Positions 1 to 13,836 of a stretch of 64,000 bases of DNA are shown piece after piece; positions within the stretch are counted from its first letter, which is position 1; each line of letters opens with the position of its first letter. Source of the DNA: Eledone cirrhosa. Lineage: Eukaryota. The notes under the pieces are model-generated. The model searched no databases. It was not told where the DNA came from and saw only the letters and a program-made list of their open reading frames with translations. The position numbers and the translations under genes were made by a program. The DNA is taken from positions 161,014,001 through 161,078,000 of the forward strand of contig OZ024740.1 in NCBI GenBank assembly GCA_964016885.1. Reading direction: 5' to 3'.

Positions 1-38
<38 letters not shown>
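1..38. repeat. (TA)n microsatellite
   Basis: Perfect TA repeat at the window start. Confidence 0.99.
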
Positions 39-40
<2 letters not shown>

Positions 41-233
41 AGCGGTGAATTGGTAGTATCGGTAGAGGGTCGAACGCTATGCTTTGACGCATAGAGTTAC
101 GGCCCTTGCCATTCTGAGTTCAAATCCCGTTGAGATTAACTTTGCCTTTCATCCTAACGGGGGTCGATAAAATAAAGTACCAGTAATATACTGGAATAAT
201 TGCTGGCCTTGTGCCTATTGTAGAAACAATTAT
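41..233 (+). mobile_element. tRNA-derived SINE (dominant family; about 20 copies in the window)
   Basis: A-box-like TGGTAGTATCGG and B-box GAGTTCAAATCC. Conserved core TTTGCCTTTCATCCT..GGGGTCGATAAAATAAAGTACCAGT (Meta/MESC- or Nin-like; domain name uncertain). 3' end CCTTGTG-N8-AGAAACAATTATT. Confidence 0.85.
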
Positions 234-1856
234 TTCTCTATCACTGTCTCCAGTTTTAACACCTATACATATGGTGTTAAGTGAAGTCATGTAGCCTTGT
301 CAGCTAAAAATCATATGGCCATCAGTTCGATTCCCAGACCAGAGGGGAGGGGGGTACACATTAGGTCCTTGAGCAAGGCATATCATTGGTTTTTTTCTGG
401 TGAAAATGAATACTATCTGCAGCCAGTGCCAGATTTACCAGTGTGCTTAGGTGTGCTTAATCACAGGCCACATTGGCCAGGGGGGACCGATCTTCCCACC
501 AAAAGAATTGTTTACCATCTTCAGGGCCCAAGTAAGGGGCCTCATAACTTAACTAACACATGACTTCATTTGTCTGCAGCTGTTTATTGGCCCTATACCA
601 GATTGGTGTCCCATTTAGAGGTTATTATTTGTACTCTTAGCTGTTTAATATCTTGTGAAACAATGGTATACTCTGGTCTGCATCCAACTTGTGCATGCAT
701 AGAAAAACAGGTGTAAAAACAATGATTCTTTTTTTTTTCTCTCTTTCACCCTCTCTTCTCCTCCCCCTCTCTCACTCTCTCACACATATATATTGTTATG
801 GCTAATATCTGCAGCATTTTAACAAGCCTCTTGTGAGGTTGCATTTTACAAGAGGTTTCCAGGATGTTTTAATAATTAGGGCTTCAGTCATATTATTCTA
901 TATATTATACTATGGTTGCTAAGATAAACCTTTATAAACCAGCCTGCCTAATACCAACCATACTGAAGTTGTCATTGTGGCTTACATCTGCATAGGTTTA
1001 GTAATGATCTCGGTTGTTTTAATAATATAGGCCACAGTCCTATCCTGTAGCAGGTGAAATTTCCAGTGAAAAATGGTAAAATTTAAATTCAGAACACTCA
1101 CAGCTGGATGAGACTGTAATGCATCATATTTGACATTCTAACAGTTCTGCCAATTCATTCTCTGGACTAGTATTATATTTATCAACCACAAAAAAAAAAA
1201 TTAAAGGCAAAGTTGACTTTGGTGGGATTTGAATGCATAGTTAAGTGAGAGTCATAATAAATACTAGAAGCCATTTACTCTGGTGCAATAATAACTTTTG
1301 CCAAAGTTAGTCTTGGTGGGTTTTGATCTCAGAACACAGACAGAGCCACAATAAACAATTCAAGCATTTACTCTGACACTCTAATGACTTTTGTCAATTT
1401 GCCACCAATTTTAGCTACTCATCCATGAAAGTTTTATTACATCTTGAATTTTATTGTGAGATTTTAGTTGGTCAACACCAGCATAACATATACTGACATA
1501 TAGCAAGCCAATGAGATTATCACCACTTCATTCAATTTGCTAGAAATATTAATCAAATCACCCTCAAACAACACTATATCATCTTAAACACACTGTCTCA
1601 ATAAAATATGTTATGGCTACAGCTGAAACCCATTAATTATAAGATTGTTCATTCAGGGCTGATCCTAGGCAACAATCAGTCAATATACAAAAAGAGAGAT
1701 TATTTTTTCCTAAACTTCTCCAAAATCTTGATTATATTAAACATTAGTTATAACACATAGGCTGTCTCTGCTAGAGAAATATAATTATGAAAGTATTTAA
1801 AATAGACCTGGAAATCTTTTAAACTTTGAGAACTCATGGTAATTGATGGTAATAAT

Positions 1857-2040
1857 TGTTTCTACTTTTGGTACAAGGCCAGTAATTATCCCAGTGTATT
1901 ACTGGTACTTTATTTTACCCCATAAGGATGAAAGGCAAAGTTAACTTCTGCGAGATTTGAACTCAGATTATAGAGGGCTGTAACTCTTTGCTACAAAGCA
2001 TGGCATCCGACCCTCTACCGATACTGGCAATCCACTGCCC
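1857..2040 (-). mobile_element. SINE copy with 13-bp target-site duplication
   Basis: Reverse complement of the 41-233 family. TGATGGTAATAAT at 1844-1856 and 2041-2053. Confidence 0.9.
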
Positions 2041-3599
2041 TGATGGTAATAATGATGGTGAAAGACATCAAATTGGCAGAGTCATTAGTAAGTCAGATAG
2101 AATGCTTTGCATTATTCATTCTGGATCTTTGCTCTCTGAGTTCAAATCCCACCAAGTTAAACTTGCCTTACATCTCAAACTGTTACATACTGTAACAGTC
2201 CAGTGCTGAGGTTAATTATTCCTGTATATTTCTTTCTTAATTCCTCTCTCTCACTCGCTTTCTCAGGAAAAAACTGGCTATGTTCAAATCTTGAGAAAGA
2301 TGGGCTCCCCCAGGTTTATAAGCCTCAGACTATCACTACTCTATCCCTACAACTCCATAAGAAGTTAAGGACCCATGGCCTAGAGATAGTGAAAGGAGCC
2401 ACTGCTGTAATTGTTATTCTTTATTTATCTCTTCTTGAACAGGCATATGACACTAATAAAAAGAAAATTAGTATTTCTGACTGTGGTCATTCTGCTTTAA
2501 CTAAGGTTTTGTAATCCTAATATTAGAGATTTAAAATACTTACTAGCAGTGCTCCATTACTTTTTTATGTGATAGTGTAGTACAGGACAAACATATGTAT
2601 TTTAGGCATCACTGCATGTTTAAACTAATTAAATTAATTAGATACACTGGGCAGTCATAAAGGCTGTATTTTTGTTTAGACAAATTCACTGTGAATAAAG
2701 CAAAGTGTGATCAGCTGATTTATTGCTTCAATTGTAACTGTGTTCTAACCAGCAACTGCTAACTTTGCTCTTAACTAACCACTGTGAAATTGCATTTAGC
2801 ACCAATATTATTAAGTGCTTTAACATCATATAATGATTTAGCAGAAAGCATCTGAAAATAAGTTTATTAGTGCAAATGTTTATAGTATCATTATTAGTGG
2901 GGAGAGATTTTTATGTAAGTTTGCAATATTAGAGTGAATACTTTGCCTGTTTCATACGTTGCAGCCATAGTGCTGTTTTGTACTTTTTAAGAATATATTG
3001 CTAATGCTAATGCAGGATGTTAAGAGTTAAACCAGGTACACTAATTTGAATATTCAACACATTCTTGACATGTCAGCTTTGTTTCCTTTTGATGGCATAG
3101 TGCAGTCTACTACAAACCTAGATTTTAACTGTCAGTGCATGTGTGAACTAATTGAAATTAATTAGATACAGTGAATAAAGTCCATTTTTTTTTTATACAG
3201 TGGTACTATAGCAGTAAAATATTCAATATTCTTTCAAATAAAGAAGGGAGTTTGTTGGAAATATAAATTTCAGGACAGTTAACTCTCTTGGCTACAGATA
3301 GAATATTTCAAAATTCACACAGCCTCTGAGATTGGTTACTACACTTACAGTTACTACAGTGAAAGCATGTGGTTAAGTTCAATATCTAAACGAGGTGAGA
3401 CATTGTGTTCTTGAGCAAGATACTTAATTTCATGTTGCCCCAGACAACTTAGCTGTACAAATAATATATACAGTATTTAATTACAGATATGCAACACAAA
3501 ATATATTGAATAATTTTAAAAAATGACTGAATCTACCAAAATGGAATATTTTACTCATTTTTAATTTGAAGGTAAATATTATTTTCATGAACAGGATTG

Positions 3600-4312
3600 A
3601 CATGCACAGCCAGGTTGGAAGCAGTATCATGACTGGCAGGAGTAAAATCAGTCAGCTGGAATTTGCAGAGAACATGGTGTTACTTAGCTCAACAGAAGGT
3701 GGTCTCTGAATTGCGCTTGATAGGTTTGATGCCAAGTGCTGCATGACTAGAATTAAAATCAGTGTGTGAAGACTGAGACATTCATCCTCAAGAAAGCCTG
3801 CACAATGCACTCTGCATGTGAATGGAGTTCCACTGCAGCAGGTAGAGAAGTTCAAGTATCTCAGAACCATGTTCACGAGTGATGGAAGGCAGGAGACTGA
3901 ATTAGGTGCAAGAACTGCAGAGTTGGTGCAGTAATGTGCCAGCTTCAGCATTCAGTAATCAGATGAAGGGAGGTGGGCATAAAAGCCAAACTCACTATCT
4001 TCAATTTGGTATTCATGCCAAACTTGAATCTTGAGTAATGACAGAAAGAATACGATCATGAATACAAGCAGCTGAAATGGGGTTCCTCCAAAGGGTCTTT
4101 GGAGTAATCTTACTTGATAGTGTGTGTAGCTTGGAGATCAGAGAGTCATTCCAGGTAGAGCTGCTACTCCACTGAATTGGGCGATCACAGCTCCGATACT
4201 ATGGGCATGCAGTTAGAATGTCTCAGGAAAGAATCGCTGAACAGATTTTATGGGCAAAACCAACAGGCAAGAGAACCTGGGGTAGACCCGAGCAAGATGG
4301 CTGGATAATATT
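3600..4312 (+). mobile_element. Decayed RTE-clade LINE 3' fragment (Expander/Rex3-like family)
   Basis: Broken translation QLEFAENMVL..QVEKFKYL..IQAAEMGFL..QLRYYGH..RP.GRP. Same family as 20405-20690 and 53894-55481. Confidence 0.8.
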
Positions 4313-4896
4313 CTTATATAAAATTATGCTGGAGGATTTTAATATAAAAAGGAAACTTTCAAAGTGAGTGGGAATTTTTCAGAGAAGCAGGGCTGGTTTT
4401 GGCCATGCTGATATCTAAAGAGTTTGGTCTACTATACAAGAATTCACAATGCAAATCTAATTTTCTGTATTTATTTTGTCATGACCTACGCTTTACAAAC
4501 TATCTAAAATATGCCTGTACATCTTTAGAACACAAAGAATAAGAAGTAAAATCGCTACAGCATGTTTTTGTCACACAAGGTTGGGAGGTAAAATGCACCA
4601 GTACATCTTTGGTAATTAAGAGATGAGAGATAAAAGATATACCAGTATGCTTTTTCACACAAAAGTTGACAGAAAAAAAGATGTACCAGTACGTCTTTGG
4701 CACACATGGTTTGGAATGTAAAAATATATCAATACATATGAGAGGGAAAAGATATTTTAGAAAATCTTTCGCACACAAGGTGTGGATTATAAAGAATATG
4801 CCACTACATCTTTGGCAAACAAGTCTTGGGAAGTAAAAGAGGTATAGATAAATCTTGTATCAAGTTTTTTACTTTTCTATTTCTCTTCTTTTGCAG

Positions 4897-5038
4897 GTCA
4901 CGACTTTTACAGACAGGCCGAAAAAGATTCAAGCATGATGGATTAAATAATCTGAAATACAAACTCATTTTCTCCCATGCAGACACTTTATTCACACATT
5001 TTATGGTTGATATAGGACTACCACCAAAACCATCATAA
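4897..5038 (+). CDS. Terminal coding exon of a GT7 beta-1,4-galactosyl/N-acetylgalactosaminyltransferase (B4GALT/bre-4-like)
   Basis: Strong acceptor TTTTCTATTTCTCTTCTTTTGCAG|G (phase 2). Encodes (R)SRLLQTGRKRFKHDGLNNLKYKLIFSHADTLFTHFMVDIG-LPPKPS*, matching the B4GALT C-terminal DGLNSLxY...LYTxIxVDIG signature. Upstream exons not found in the window. Confidence 0.85.
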
Positions 5039-5151
5039 TATCTTCTCATCTGAAAAAAAAAAAAGAATTCAAAGGTAAATGAAGGAGAGAAAAATAATTT
5101 AATAAGATGAAAAACATTCCTGGGTAAAATTTGGTTTTTATTTTTATGTAA

Positions 5152-5351
5152 AAATGTATGTTATATATATGTATGTTATACTTATGTATATGCATGTATA
5201 CATATATGCATGTATATATATGTATATATATATGCATGTATATATATGTATGTATATGCATATATATACATACATATATATGTGTGTGTATATATATTTA
5301 TATATATATATATACACATATATCTATACATATATATATATATATATATGA

Positions 5352-5382
<31 letters not shown>

Positions 5383-5630
5383 CACATATATATATATATG
5401 AATATATATATATATACATACATATATATATATATATATACACATATATATATATATATATTACATATATATATACCTATATATATACATATAAATATAC
5501 CTATATATATACACATACATATACATATATACATATATATACATATACATATATATATACATATATATACATATATATATGCCTACACATATTTATATAT
5601 ATTATATATATATATATGTGTAAAAATGTA

Positions 5631-5724
<94 letters not shown>

Positions 5725-5790
5725 TTTATACAAACACACATATATATATACATATATATATATTACATATATATATATATACATACACAC
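5152..5790. repeat. Compound (TA)n/(TACA)n microsatellite
   Basis: About 640 bp of TA-rich repeat; source of the spurious YI-rich ORFs. Confidence 0.97.
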
Positions 5791-6559
5791 ATTTGTTTTT
5801 CTTCTTGAGCTTTTTTTATTTTATTATTTTAATATTTCTAAAAAACTAAAACAAAACAAAGGAAACATACAAATGGATTGCTATACCAACACAATGACAT
5901 GCACAGATAACAACTTTGTTGTGTTGGAATCAAAATGTTTACTATATTATATTATATATCATGATATTGATATTGTTATTGTTGTTTGTTATTGCTGTTA
6001 TTATAATCAGGCAGTAGATTGACGGAATTGTTTGTGTTGTACTAAATACCTTGCAGTATTTAATTATGACTCGTAACATTCTGAATTCAAATCCCGCCAA
6101 GGTTAACATTGCCTTTCATCTTTTTAGAGTTTGATTAAATAAAGTACCAGTTAAGAAATGGGGTTGATTCAATCAACTTTCTCCTCCCCATAAAACTTCT
6201 GGCTGTGTGTCTATCATTCATTTGGGTGGCAGATATTAATCCAAATGTTAGTAAAAAAAAAAAATACAAATAAATGAATTAAATGCTTCACCATGTAAAA
6301 TTTCTTACCAATCTTATTCTGGGTTCAATTTCCACAAGAATGCTTTTTTTTTTTATGTTGTTGCATTTCCTTCTGCTCAGATTAATCAAATAAATAAGAA
6401 TAAGTTAATAACAAAAGGATTCTGCTGATTATACAAGTTCATCTATTAAAATTAACAGTGTGTCCAGTTTTACCAAAAGTTATCAAAACCTTTGGTGGAA
6501 GTAATGGTAGTATAGTAATGTAAAATACATAACTGTATATTTTACTTTCATTTCTTAAA

Positions 6560-7680
6560 GGAAGCTCACTAAAGAGAGCCAGTTACAGAAGCATTCGGTT
6601 ATAAAGGTTGCAGAAAGGTTAAAGCAAAGTTGATTAGGGATTCCATTAATTTTGTTGAGATGCAATTTGGTTTTATGCCAGTGAGAAGCATTATTGGTGC
6701 TATTTTTCTAGTGAGACACCTACAAGAGAAGTACTTAGCTAAGATTAAGCCCTTATATTTACCGTTTGTCATCCTGGAAAAGGCCTGTAATCTGGAGGGA
6801 ACACAGGAAGTTAGGGATAGATGAATGGTTTATAATACAAGCCATGTACAGCAATGAATTAAGTGTGTGGGAGTAGAAGTTCATCAGGGTTGTTTGTATG
6901 ACTCTCCTTCAGGCCTTACCAAGACTAGATGTCCAAGAGAACCTCTGTATGCTGATGATCTATCCTTCATAACAGAAACTGTAGAACTAGAACGAAAATT
7001 TCAAACATGGAAACAAAATCTAGAATCAAAATGCCTCAATGTAAATCTATCAAAGACTAATGTTTTAGTAAGTAAGAAAGAGGATACCATCAGTTTGTAG
7101 AAAAGAAGGTAGAAACCCTTTAGACTGTACTCAGTGTGTGCTGTGGATGTACAAGAAATGTAGCAGTATCACATGTAGGCTGACAGTGAAAGTAGACTTC
7201 AGATGTGACAGATGCACAGGATTAGTCAGCAGTAAGATTACTCATTAAATATACCGTTTCACATGTTCAGGAGGCTAATAAAAAAAAAGAAGAAAGCTTT
7301 CACCTTTGTAGAGGATTTCAATAGCAATAAAGGTGGATGTACTAAAAATGCTGTAACTAAATTTAGGACAAGGTCAGCATGAGAAAAAATTTTAAAATGC
7401 TTGTATTCAAATTACAATACTACATGACAACATAAGGGTGAGCTGTGGGTCTTGAGTGCAGATCTGTATGAGTAAAATGAAACGAGGCATGCATACTCCA
7501 CTGGATGTGTATGACTAATATACATAAATTAATATAAAAGAAACTGATAGAAAAGCTGAGTATTAGAGAAATCGAATAAAGTATATAATAGAGACACAAG
7601 CACAGGAATGGCCATGTGATGTGTAAAGTAAGCAAGAGCTGTATAAAAAAAGTAGGTAGAACATGGAAGGAAGGCAGTGT
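6560..7680 (+). mobile_element. Heavily decayed RTE LINE (PHD-containing family)
   Basis: MQFGFMP..LQEKYLAK..GVEVHQG..LYADDL..LNVNLSKT. Homologous to 42284-45333. Confidence 0.85.
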
Positions 7681-7939
7681 ACAGAGTGAAAAATAACCTC
7701 AAAAAATTATGTGTGAAAGAGATAATATAAGATCAAACTAACAATAAGCCATAATACAAAAGATCTGGCCTCCTGTACAAGTACTACAACATGACAAGTA
7801 AATGTGATGAGAGGTCCCTTTAGCCTCCAGTAGACAACACAATCTCCGGTGATACAATGGAACTCATTTGATCCCCACTTCACTAGAAAGATCAAGATAA
7901 CATAGAGAGAACCTTCTATACTTGTCAAGTAACTGAGAA

Positions 7940-8205
7940 AATCTCCAGTGCTGGTGCCATGATAAAATGCACCTAATACACACTGTAAAGTGGCAGTGCT
8001 TGTACCATAGTAAAATTCACCAGTACACTCTGTAACATGTTTGATGTTAGGAAGGGCAGGCATCCAGTCAGAGAAACAATGTCAAATATGGCACATAGAG
8101 CAAGATATGGTTTTCAATCTGTCTAGTCTCAGACTGTTACAACTTGTCCAACCCTTGTTAGCATGGAAAGCAGACATAAATGATAATAACGATGATGATA
8201 ATGAT
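7940..8205 (+). mobile_element. RTE-related short module with (GAT)n-like tail
   Basis: TTAGGAAGGGC..ATCCAG..AGAAAC and GCATGGAAAGCAGACAT-AAATGAT tail, shared with 26355-26586 and 45090-45333. Confidence 0.7.
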
Positions 8206-8444
8206 TTTCTGTGTTTCAAATCTTGCCAGGGCTCATTTTACCTTTCATTCCATTGGTGGGAGGGCATTGATAAAATAAGTATAAGTCACATATTTAAGAC
8301 GTTTTGCAGTATCATTTCAACAAGGTAACCATCTCTTTGTCAGTCTCTCACCCCCCCCCCCCCCCAACACACAAACTCATTCAGAAATCTGTTGTATTAA
8401 TTGGCACAAATGTGATAAATTGTTATTAGTAATATTATTATTAA

Positions 8445-9065
8445 AAAGGGCAGTGTATTACCAAAATATTTAGAGTGTCAGAGGAAATGCATTGAGGTAT
8501 TTGTTCTGAGCACAAATCTGAAGACAATATTGCTTTTCATCCCCTCAGGTTCAATAAAATAAACATCAGTGAAGTACTGGGGTTGATATAATCGATTCCC
8601 CCACCAACAGCTGGCTTTGTGCCTAAATTAGAAACCAGGGCAATGGTTGGCAGAGTTATTAGAACATAAGACAAATGCTTAGGAGTATTTTATTCCAGCT
8701 CTTTATGTTCTAAGTTCAAATCCTGCCAAGGTCAGCTTTGCCATTCATCCTTCTAAGATTATTAAAGTAAAGTACCAGTCAAGTACTGGGACTGGTATTA
8801 CTGACTTTCTCTTTCCCCAAAAATTGTTGACTTTGTGTCAAAAGTAGAAACCATTATAACTAGAGCAGTGTGTTGACAGACTCATTAAAACATTGGAAAA
8901 AAGGCTGTATGATATCAGTTTCATTTCTTTAAATTCAGAGTTTATATCCCAGCGTGGTCAACTTTACTTTTTTATCCTTCCAGGGTCACTAAAATAAAGT
9001 GCCAATTATATACGTGTGTTGATTCAATCACACAACTCCTTCCCGCAAATTGTTAATAATTACTA
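8445..9065 (+). mobile_element. Head-to-tail array of three diverged SINE copies
   Basis: Three consecutive head-core-tail units starting near 8448, 8638 and 8863. Confidence 0.8.
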
Positions 9066-9680
9066 TTTTTAATTAACATAAGGGGAGATAAAGAGATAAC
9101 CAAAATATTGGCATACTATTTGTTATGCTTTTCTAGTAATCAATGGTTCAGATGTCAAATCCATTTAGGGTTAACTTTGCATTTTATCTACATTGGCTGA
9201 GTATGAAATACATACATGGCATATAGTCAAATATAATTGGCTTTCTGCTAATCAAATGTTGTTCTTTAGCCACTAATCATCTCTGATTGAGCAGACATTT
9301 GATCAAAGACTTTCCAGCTGTGATTATCAACTCTTCTTATCAGTAAGATATTATAATACAATGTGTTCTTTATTTTCTTTTCTTTTTCTCTTTTTGAGGA
9401 CTGTAAGTTGTAATTAGAAGGAATTTGGCTGCTTGGTCTAACAGAATGAGAGACTCTATAGGGGATCTCATGGTAATATGGCAGAAATATTAGAGTTCAA
9501 ATTCTACCAAAGTTATCCGTGTTTTGCATCCCTCTGGTGTTCAAGACAATATGTATAAGTCAATTGTTGAGGTTACTTCAGTTGACTCTATCCTCTCTTC
9601 CGCACTTAGTGTGACCTTGTACTAAACTTAGTCATTCTTATTATTGGTGTTGTAGTTACTATTATTATTATTATTATTAT

Positions 9681-9900
9681 GAGGGTAGTAGATTGGCAGT
9701 ATTGATAGTGTTGGACACCATGCGGCATAGAGTTACGGTCCTTTACGTTCTGAGTTCAAATCCTGCCAAGGTTAGCTTTGCCTTTCATCCTTACAGGGTC
9801 GATAAAAGAAAGCACCAGTAATTGCACTGGGATTGATTTAATCGACTTTCGCCTCCCCTTCAAATTGCTGGCCTTGTGCTTAAAGTAGAAACAATTATTA
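9681..9900 (+). mobile_element. SINE copy flanked by (ATT)n
   Basis: Full head/core/tail with (ATT)n on both sides. Confidence 0.9.
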
Positions 9901-9994
9901 TTATTGTTATTGGGGCAGTGGATTGGCAGAATCAGTAGAACGTTGTGCCTGTAGTAGAAGTCATTATTATTATAATTTTTGTTATTGTTATTTA

Positions 9995-10083
9995 TATTTT
10001 TTACGCGTTATATATGTAAACCCCCGTGTTCCTGTCTATTGTACTGTCCTCTATATGTAGACCCTTGTGACCAATAAAGAAAT
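9995..10083 (+). mobile_element. 3'-terminal remnant of the Tx1-like LINE family
   Basis: ACTGTCCT..ACCCTTGTGACCAATAAAGAAAT-(ATT)n aligns to 52740-52806. Confidence 0.75.
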
Positions 10084-10108
10084 TATTATTATTATTATTA
10101 TTATTATT

Positions 10109-13100
10109 CTTTGAGTCTCAGTCATTGATGTTATTTAACTGGAACGTTTGTTGAAATGAATATCAAGCTGCTACCTGCAACTTCAGATATTCAGGACGTA
10201 TCGGAGGGTTCTTGCTGTTCCCAGCAATCATGCCTTTTGAAGTGTTCCAAAAAGCGGGGCTGGACTAATTTTCTTTAACCATCCTTGGGAACTCTTTGAG
10301 ATAGTACCTAGTGCTCCTAGACAATTGGGACGACTCTGACTTCATGGCAGTTCCAAATCTTTTTTACCTTCCACTTTAAGTCCTGGTATCGGTTAATTTT
10401 CTCCCTCTCCTTTTCTTGTACTCTCGTGTCAAATGGGCAGGCTACATCTACAATCAGGCACGATCTTTTTTCCTTGTCCAAAACTACCAGGTCAGGCCTA
10501 TTGTGTTCCAGTTTCTTGTCCGTCTGTATCCTAAAATCCCATAGCACCTTCACCTGATCGTTTTCTATCACCGACTCTGGCTTATGCTCATACCATTTCT
10601 CAGAATGTGGTAAATTGTTTATTTTGCATAGGTGCCAGTGGATCACCTTGCCCATCACATCATGTCTCCATCCTTTATAGTGAGTTTGGGCTAGGTGTTT
10701 ACACTCGGATACAATGTGAGCAACAGTCTCCTCTCTCTCTCCACAGATCCTACACAGTGGGCTAGCCTCCTCCTTGTAAATATGGTGTTTCACCTACTTT
10801 GTTCTGAGGGCCTGCTCTTGTGCAGCCATTAGCATTCCTTCTGTAGCTTTTTTAAGGTCTCCTCTTTTTAACCAGTTCCATGTCTGTGGATCTCTAAATT
10901 CAGTTATCTCAAATAAGGTACTATGAAGGGATTTTTCATGAAGGTTGCTCTTCCTCCTTGCTGTTTTTTCCTCCTTGGACATCCCCTGGTCTATTGTCCT
11001 CTCCTTCAGTACAATTCTGAGCATTGGCTCCCTACTGTCAGTCCCGTATTTGTGCAGGTTGTTTTTCTCCATCTGAACACAGTCCTCTATGCTGATAAGA
11101 CCTCTTCCATCTTCAGATCTCTTTAAGTAGAGTCTATCGACATCACTCCTCTTGTGGAACATGTTGTAGATAGTCAATAGCTTCCTAGTCTTCCTATCAA
11201 TTTCATTTTGTTCAGGAACATTCCATTTCAGAATTCCCGCACTGTACCTAATAATAGACACAGCTCGGGAATTCAATGCACTTATGACATTCTTACTATT
11301 TAGATGTGATTTTAATACACTCCTTACTCTCCTAATGTACTCAGATCTTATCAATTCCTTCATTTCTTTTGTTCTTGATGTCATCTGCCTCCAGAACACC
11401 TAAATATTTGTATCCTTCTTCAGTATCAATTTTCTTTATCATCTCACCTGTTGGTACCTGGATTCTGTTGCTTCTGCTCAATTTACCCCTCTTCATCACA
11501 ATTTCTCCACACTTACTAATACCATATTGCATACATATATCATTACTGAAAATACGGACAGTGTCAACAAGCACATCCAACTCCTTCTCACTCTTCCCAA
11601 AGAGCTTAAGATCGTCCATGAAGAGGAGGTGACTGATGGTAAACTCTTCCTTTCCCAACTTGTATCCTGCTCTCACTTTTCACAGTATAATGGTCAGGGG
11701 CATCAGGGGCATCAGGGCAAGGACAAACAACAGAGGGGACAGACTACCTCCCTGGAAGATACCTCTCTTGATCTTCACGCCTTCCAAGGATTCTCCACCC
11801 GATGTTAACTCTGTTTCCCAGGAATTCATACTTTTGTTCAACAACTGTCTGGTGTTATCTGCCACCTTGAAGATCTATAGGCTTTTGGTTATCCAAGAAT
11901 GAGGTACCATGTCGAATCCCTTTTTGTAATCTATCCATCCCATGGCAAGACCAGTGTGCCTCCTCTTGCAATTCCTCATTACCATCTTATCAATAAGTAA
12001 CTGGTCCTTTGTACCATGGGACTTCTTTCGGCATCCTTTCTGTTCGTCCGGTAACAAGTTGTTTATGTGGAGGTGATGGTAGATTTCCTCAGACACAATG
12101 CTTGTTAACAGTTTCCACATTACGGACAGACATGTGATAGGGCTATAGTTGGTAACATCATTACCCTTGATTCAGTCTTTCATTACCAGAACTGTGGTAC
12201 CTTTTGTCAACCGACATCAAGCAGTCATTGAACATGGTTGTCAGTTTCAGGTGGAGGGATGCTATATTTTTAATCCAATACCACTGCACACCATCTGGGC
12301 CTGGTGATTACCAGTTGGTTAGTTTTTTGGCCTGCCCTTTAAGAGTTTCAACTGTGATACTCAAATAAGTTTGTTGGTGTGTTTGTTCACTAATCTCCTT
12401 TTGTACTGTCTCAATCCACACTGCCTGATCATTATGTTCAACATACTTCTCCCATATTCCTCTCCAGAAAGTCTTAGTTTGTTCCGCCTCAGGGATCAAG
12501 TCGTTGCCTCTTTCTTTCCCTTCAAGCTGTCCAAACAACATCTTCTGGTTGTTGTCAAACATGCGGTTCTGTCTATACTGACTGACTCTGCTCTCATACC
12601 GCCTAATCTTTGCACTCTTTGCTACAATGCATTGCTTCAGTTCCTCTATGATGATATTTAGCTTTTTCCTTTTAGTTTTGTACTTTATTTCCAGTCTATT
12701 TTTAGTGTCTATGTTTTGTAGTGTCCCATTCAGTAGGGACTCAATCTTTCCAATGTCATTTCTCATTTCCTTGATTCGACCATTCAGTCGTTTCTTCCAC
12801 CAAGGTTATGATCTTTATTGTTTGTTGTTTCCTCTCGTTTTTATGCCAAGTAATTTCCTCACTGCATTTGCTGTTGCTTTGAGGATATTGTTGCATTGGC
12901 GAAAGTTCCTCGCCTCAAGGTATGAGATTACTTTGTTTACCTTAGCTGTTGTTTCTTTTAATTTTTTCCTGTCTACAAATGTTAGGTTCATAGGTTTCCC
13001 ACTATCATTGTTCATTTCATCTACCACTAAGTTTAGGATATCAACCAAATCTTGTCCTAGCCCGTCAGCATTCATTTCCTCAATGGCCGTGTCTTTGTTC

Positions 13101-13710
13101 CAGATGTTATTTATTTCAGCATTCAGATCATTGTCTGCTTCGGATGTTTCCTCCATTCTCTCAACCTCTTCACCTTCATTTCCCACTGGCTCGTTTGTCT
13201 GGAATACTCCACTCTCCATTTCTAACCTAATCTTTCTACTCAGTTCCTCCAGTTCCAACTCGCTTATCCATCCATTAGTTCTTATTACCCTGGCCTGCCC
13301 GGCCAACTTTTGTTCATCTAATTTAAATAGACCAATCTCGTTCCAGATGTTATGCATCCGTTTCCTATAGCCTTTTTCCTTGGGGTTACTCTTCAGGTAA
13401 CATTCCATGACAGTTCTATTCAATTATTTCGTCCAGTTGGTTCTTGTCCCTTTCCTTCTTCTTCTTCCTCCAACACCAGCAGTATTTGGATGACAGCCAG
13501 GTCCCTGCTGCTGGACCAGGGGGCACTTGCTGGGTGAGAGTCTGTCACATGGCGTTCCATTCTCCTCTTCACCGTTATTCGAACTGTTTAGTGTTAAACA
13601 CTCATATCGAGGATTGGTGAATGTATCGTTACATAACCACCGGTGATTTCATCACCCCAGTGATTTCATCAACCCCAGTGATTTTGGCGTGGCACCATCA
13701 CGCTGTAGAT
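10109..13710 (-). mobile_element. Near full-length decayed Dong/R4-clade non-LTR retrotransposon (RT plus restriction-like endonuclease)
   Basis: Fragmented ORF: MECYLKS..YRKRMHNIW; [20 protein letters not shown]; GIFQGGSLSPL; LFMDD; YKYLG; CRICGEREETVAHIVSEC; RHD; PDLVV..IVDVACP..EKINRY. The 3' end abuts (TAA)n, the known Dong target. Confidence 0.93.
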
Positions 13711-13836
13711 GAACATAAATAAATAAACAAATAAATAGATAAAAACTTAAAAAAATAAACATAAGTTTCATTGTAATGTTTGAATTAGTTTTTTTGTTTG
13801 TTCTTTTTTTTTTTTCTTTACGTTTAATCCTTTACG

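Noticed and set aside
41-135. tRNA-like A/B boxes
   Set aside because: SINE heads; no cloverleaf.
3295-3375. Possible penultimate GT7 exon (SEIGYYT)
   Set aside because: Lacks the M-x-x-H motif and convincing splice sites.
5046-6022. Many YI/HT/CV-rich ORFs here and at 17-18 kb, 29 kb and 58.5-59.7 kb
   Set aside because: Translations of microsatellites.
12627-13370. 247-aa plus-strand ORF and similar antisense ORFs over LINEs
   Set aside because: Shadow frames of retroelement ORFs.
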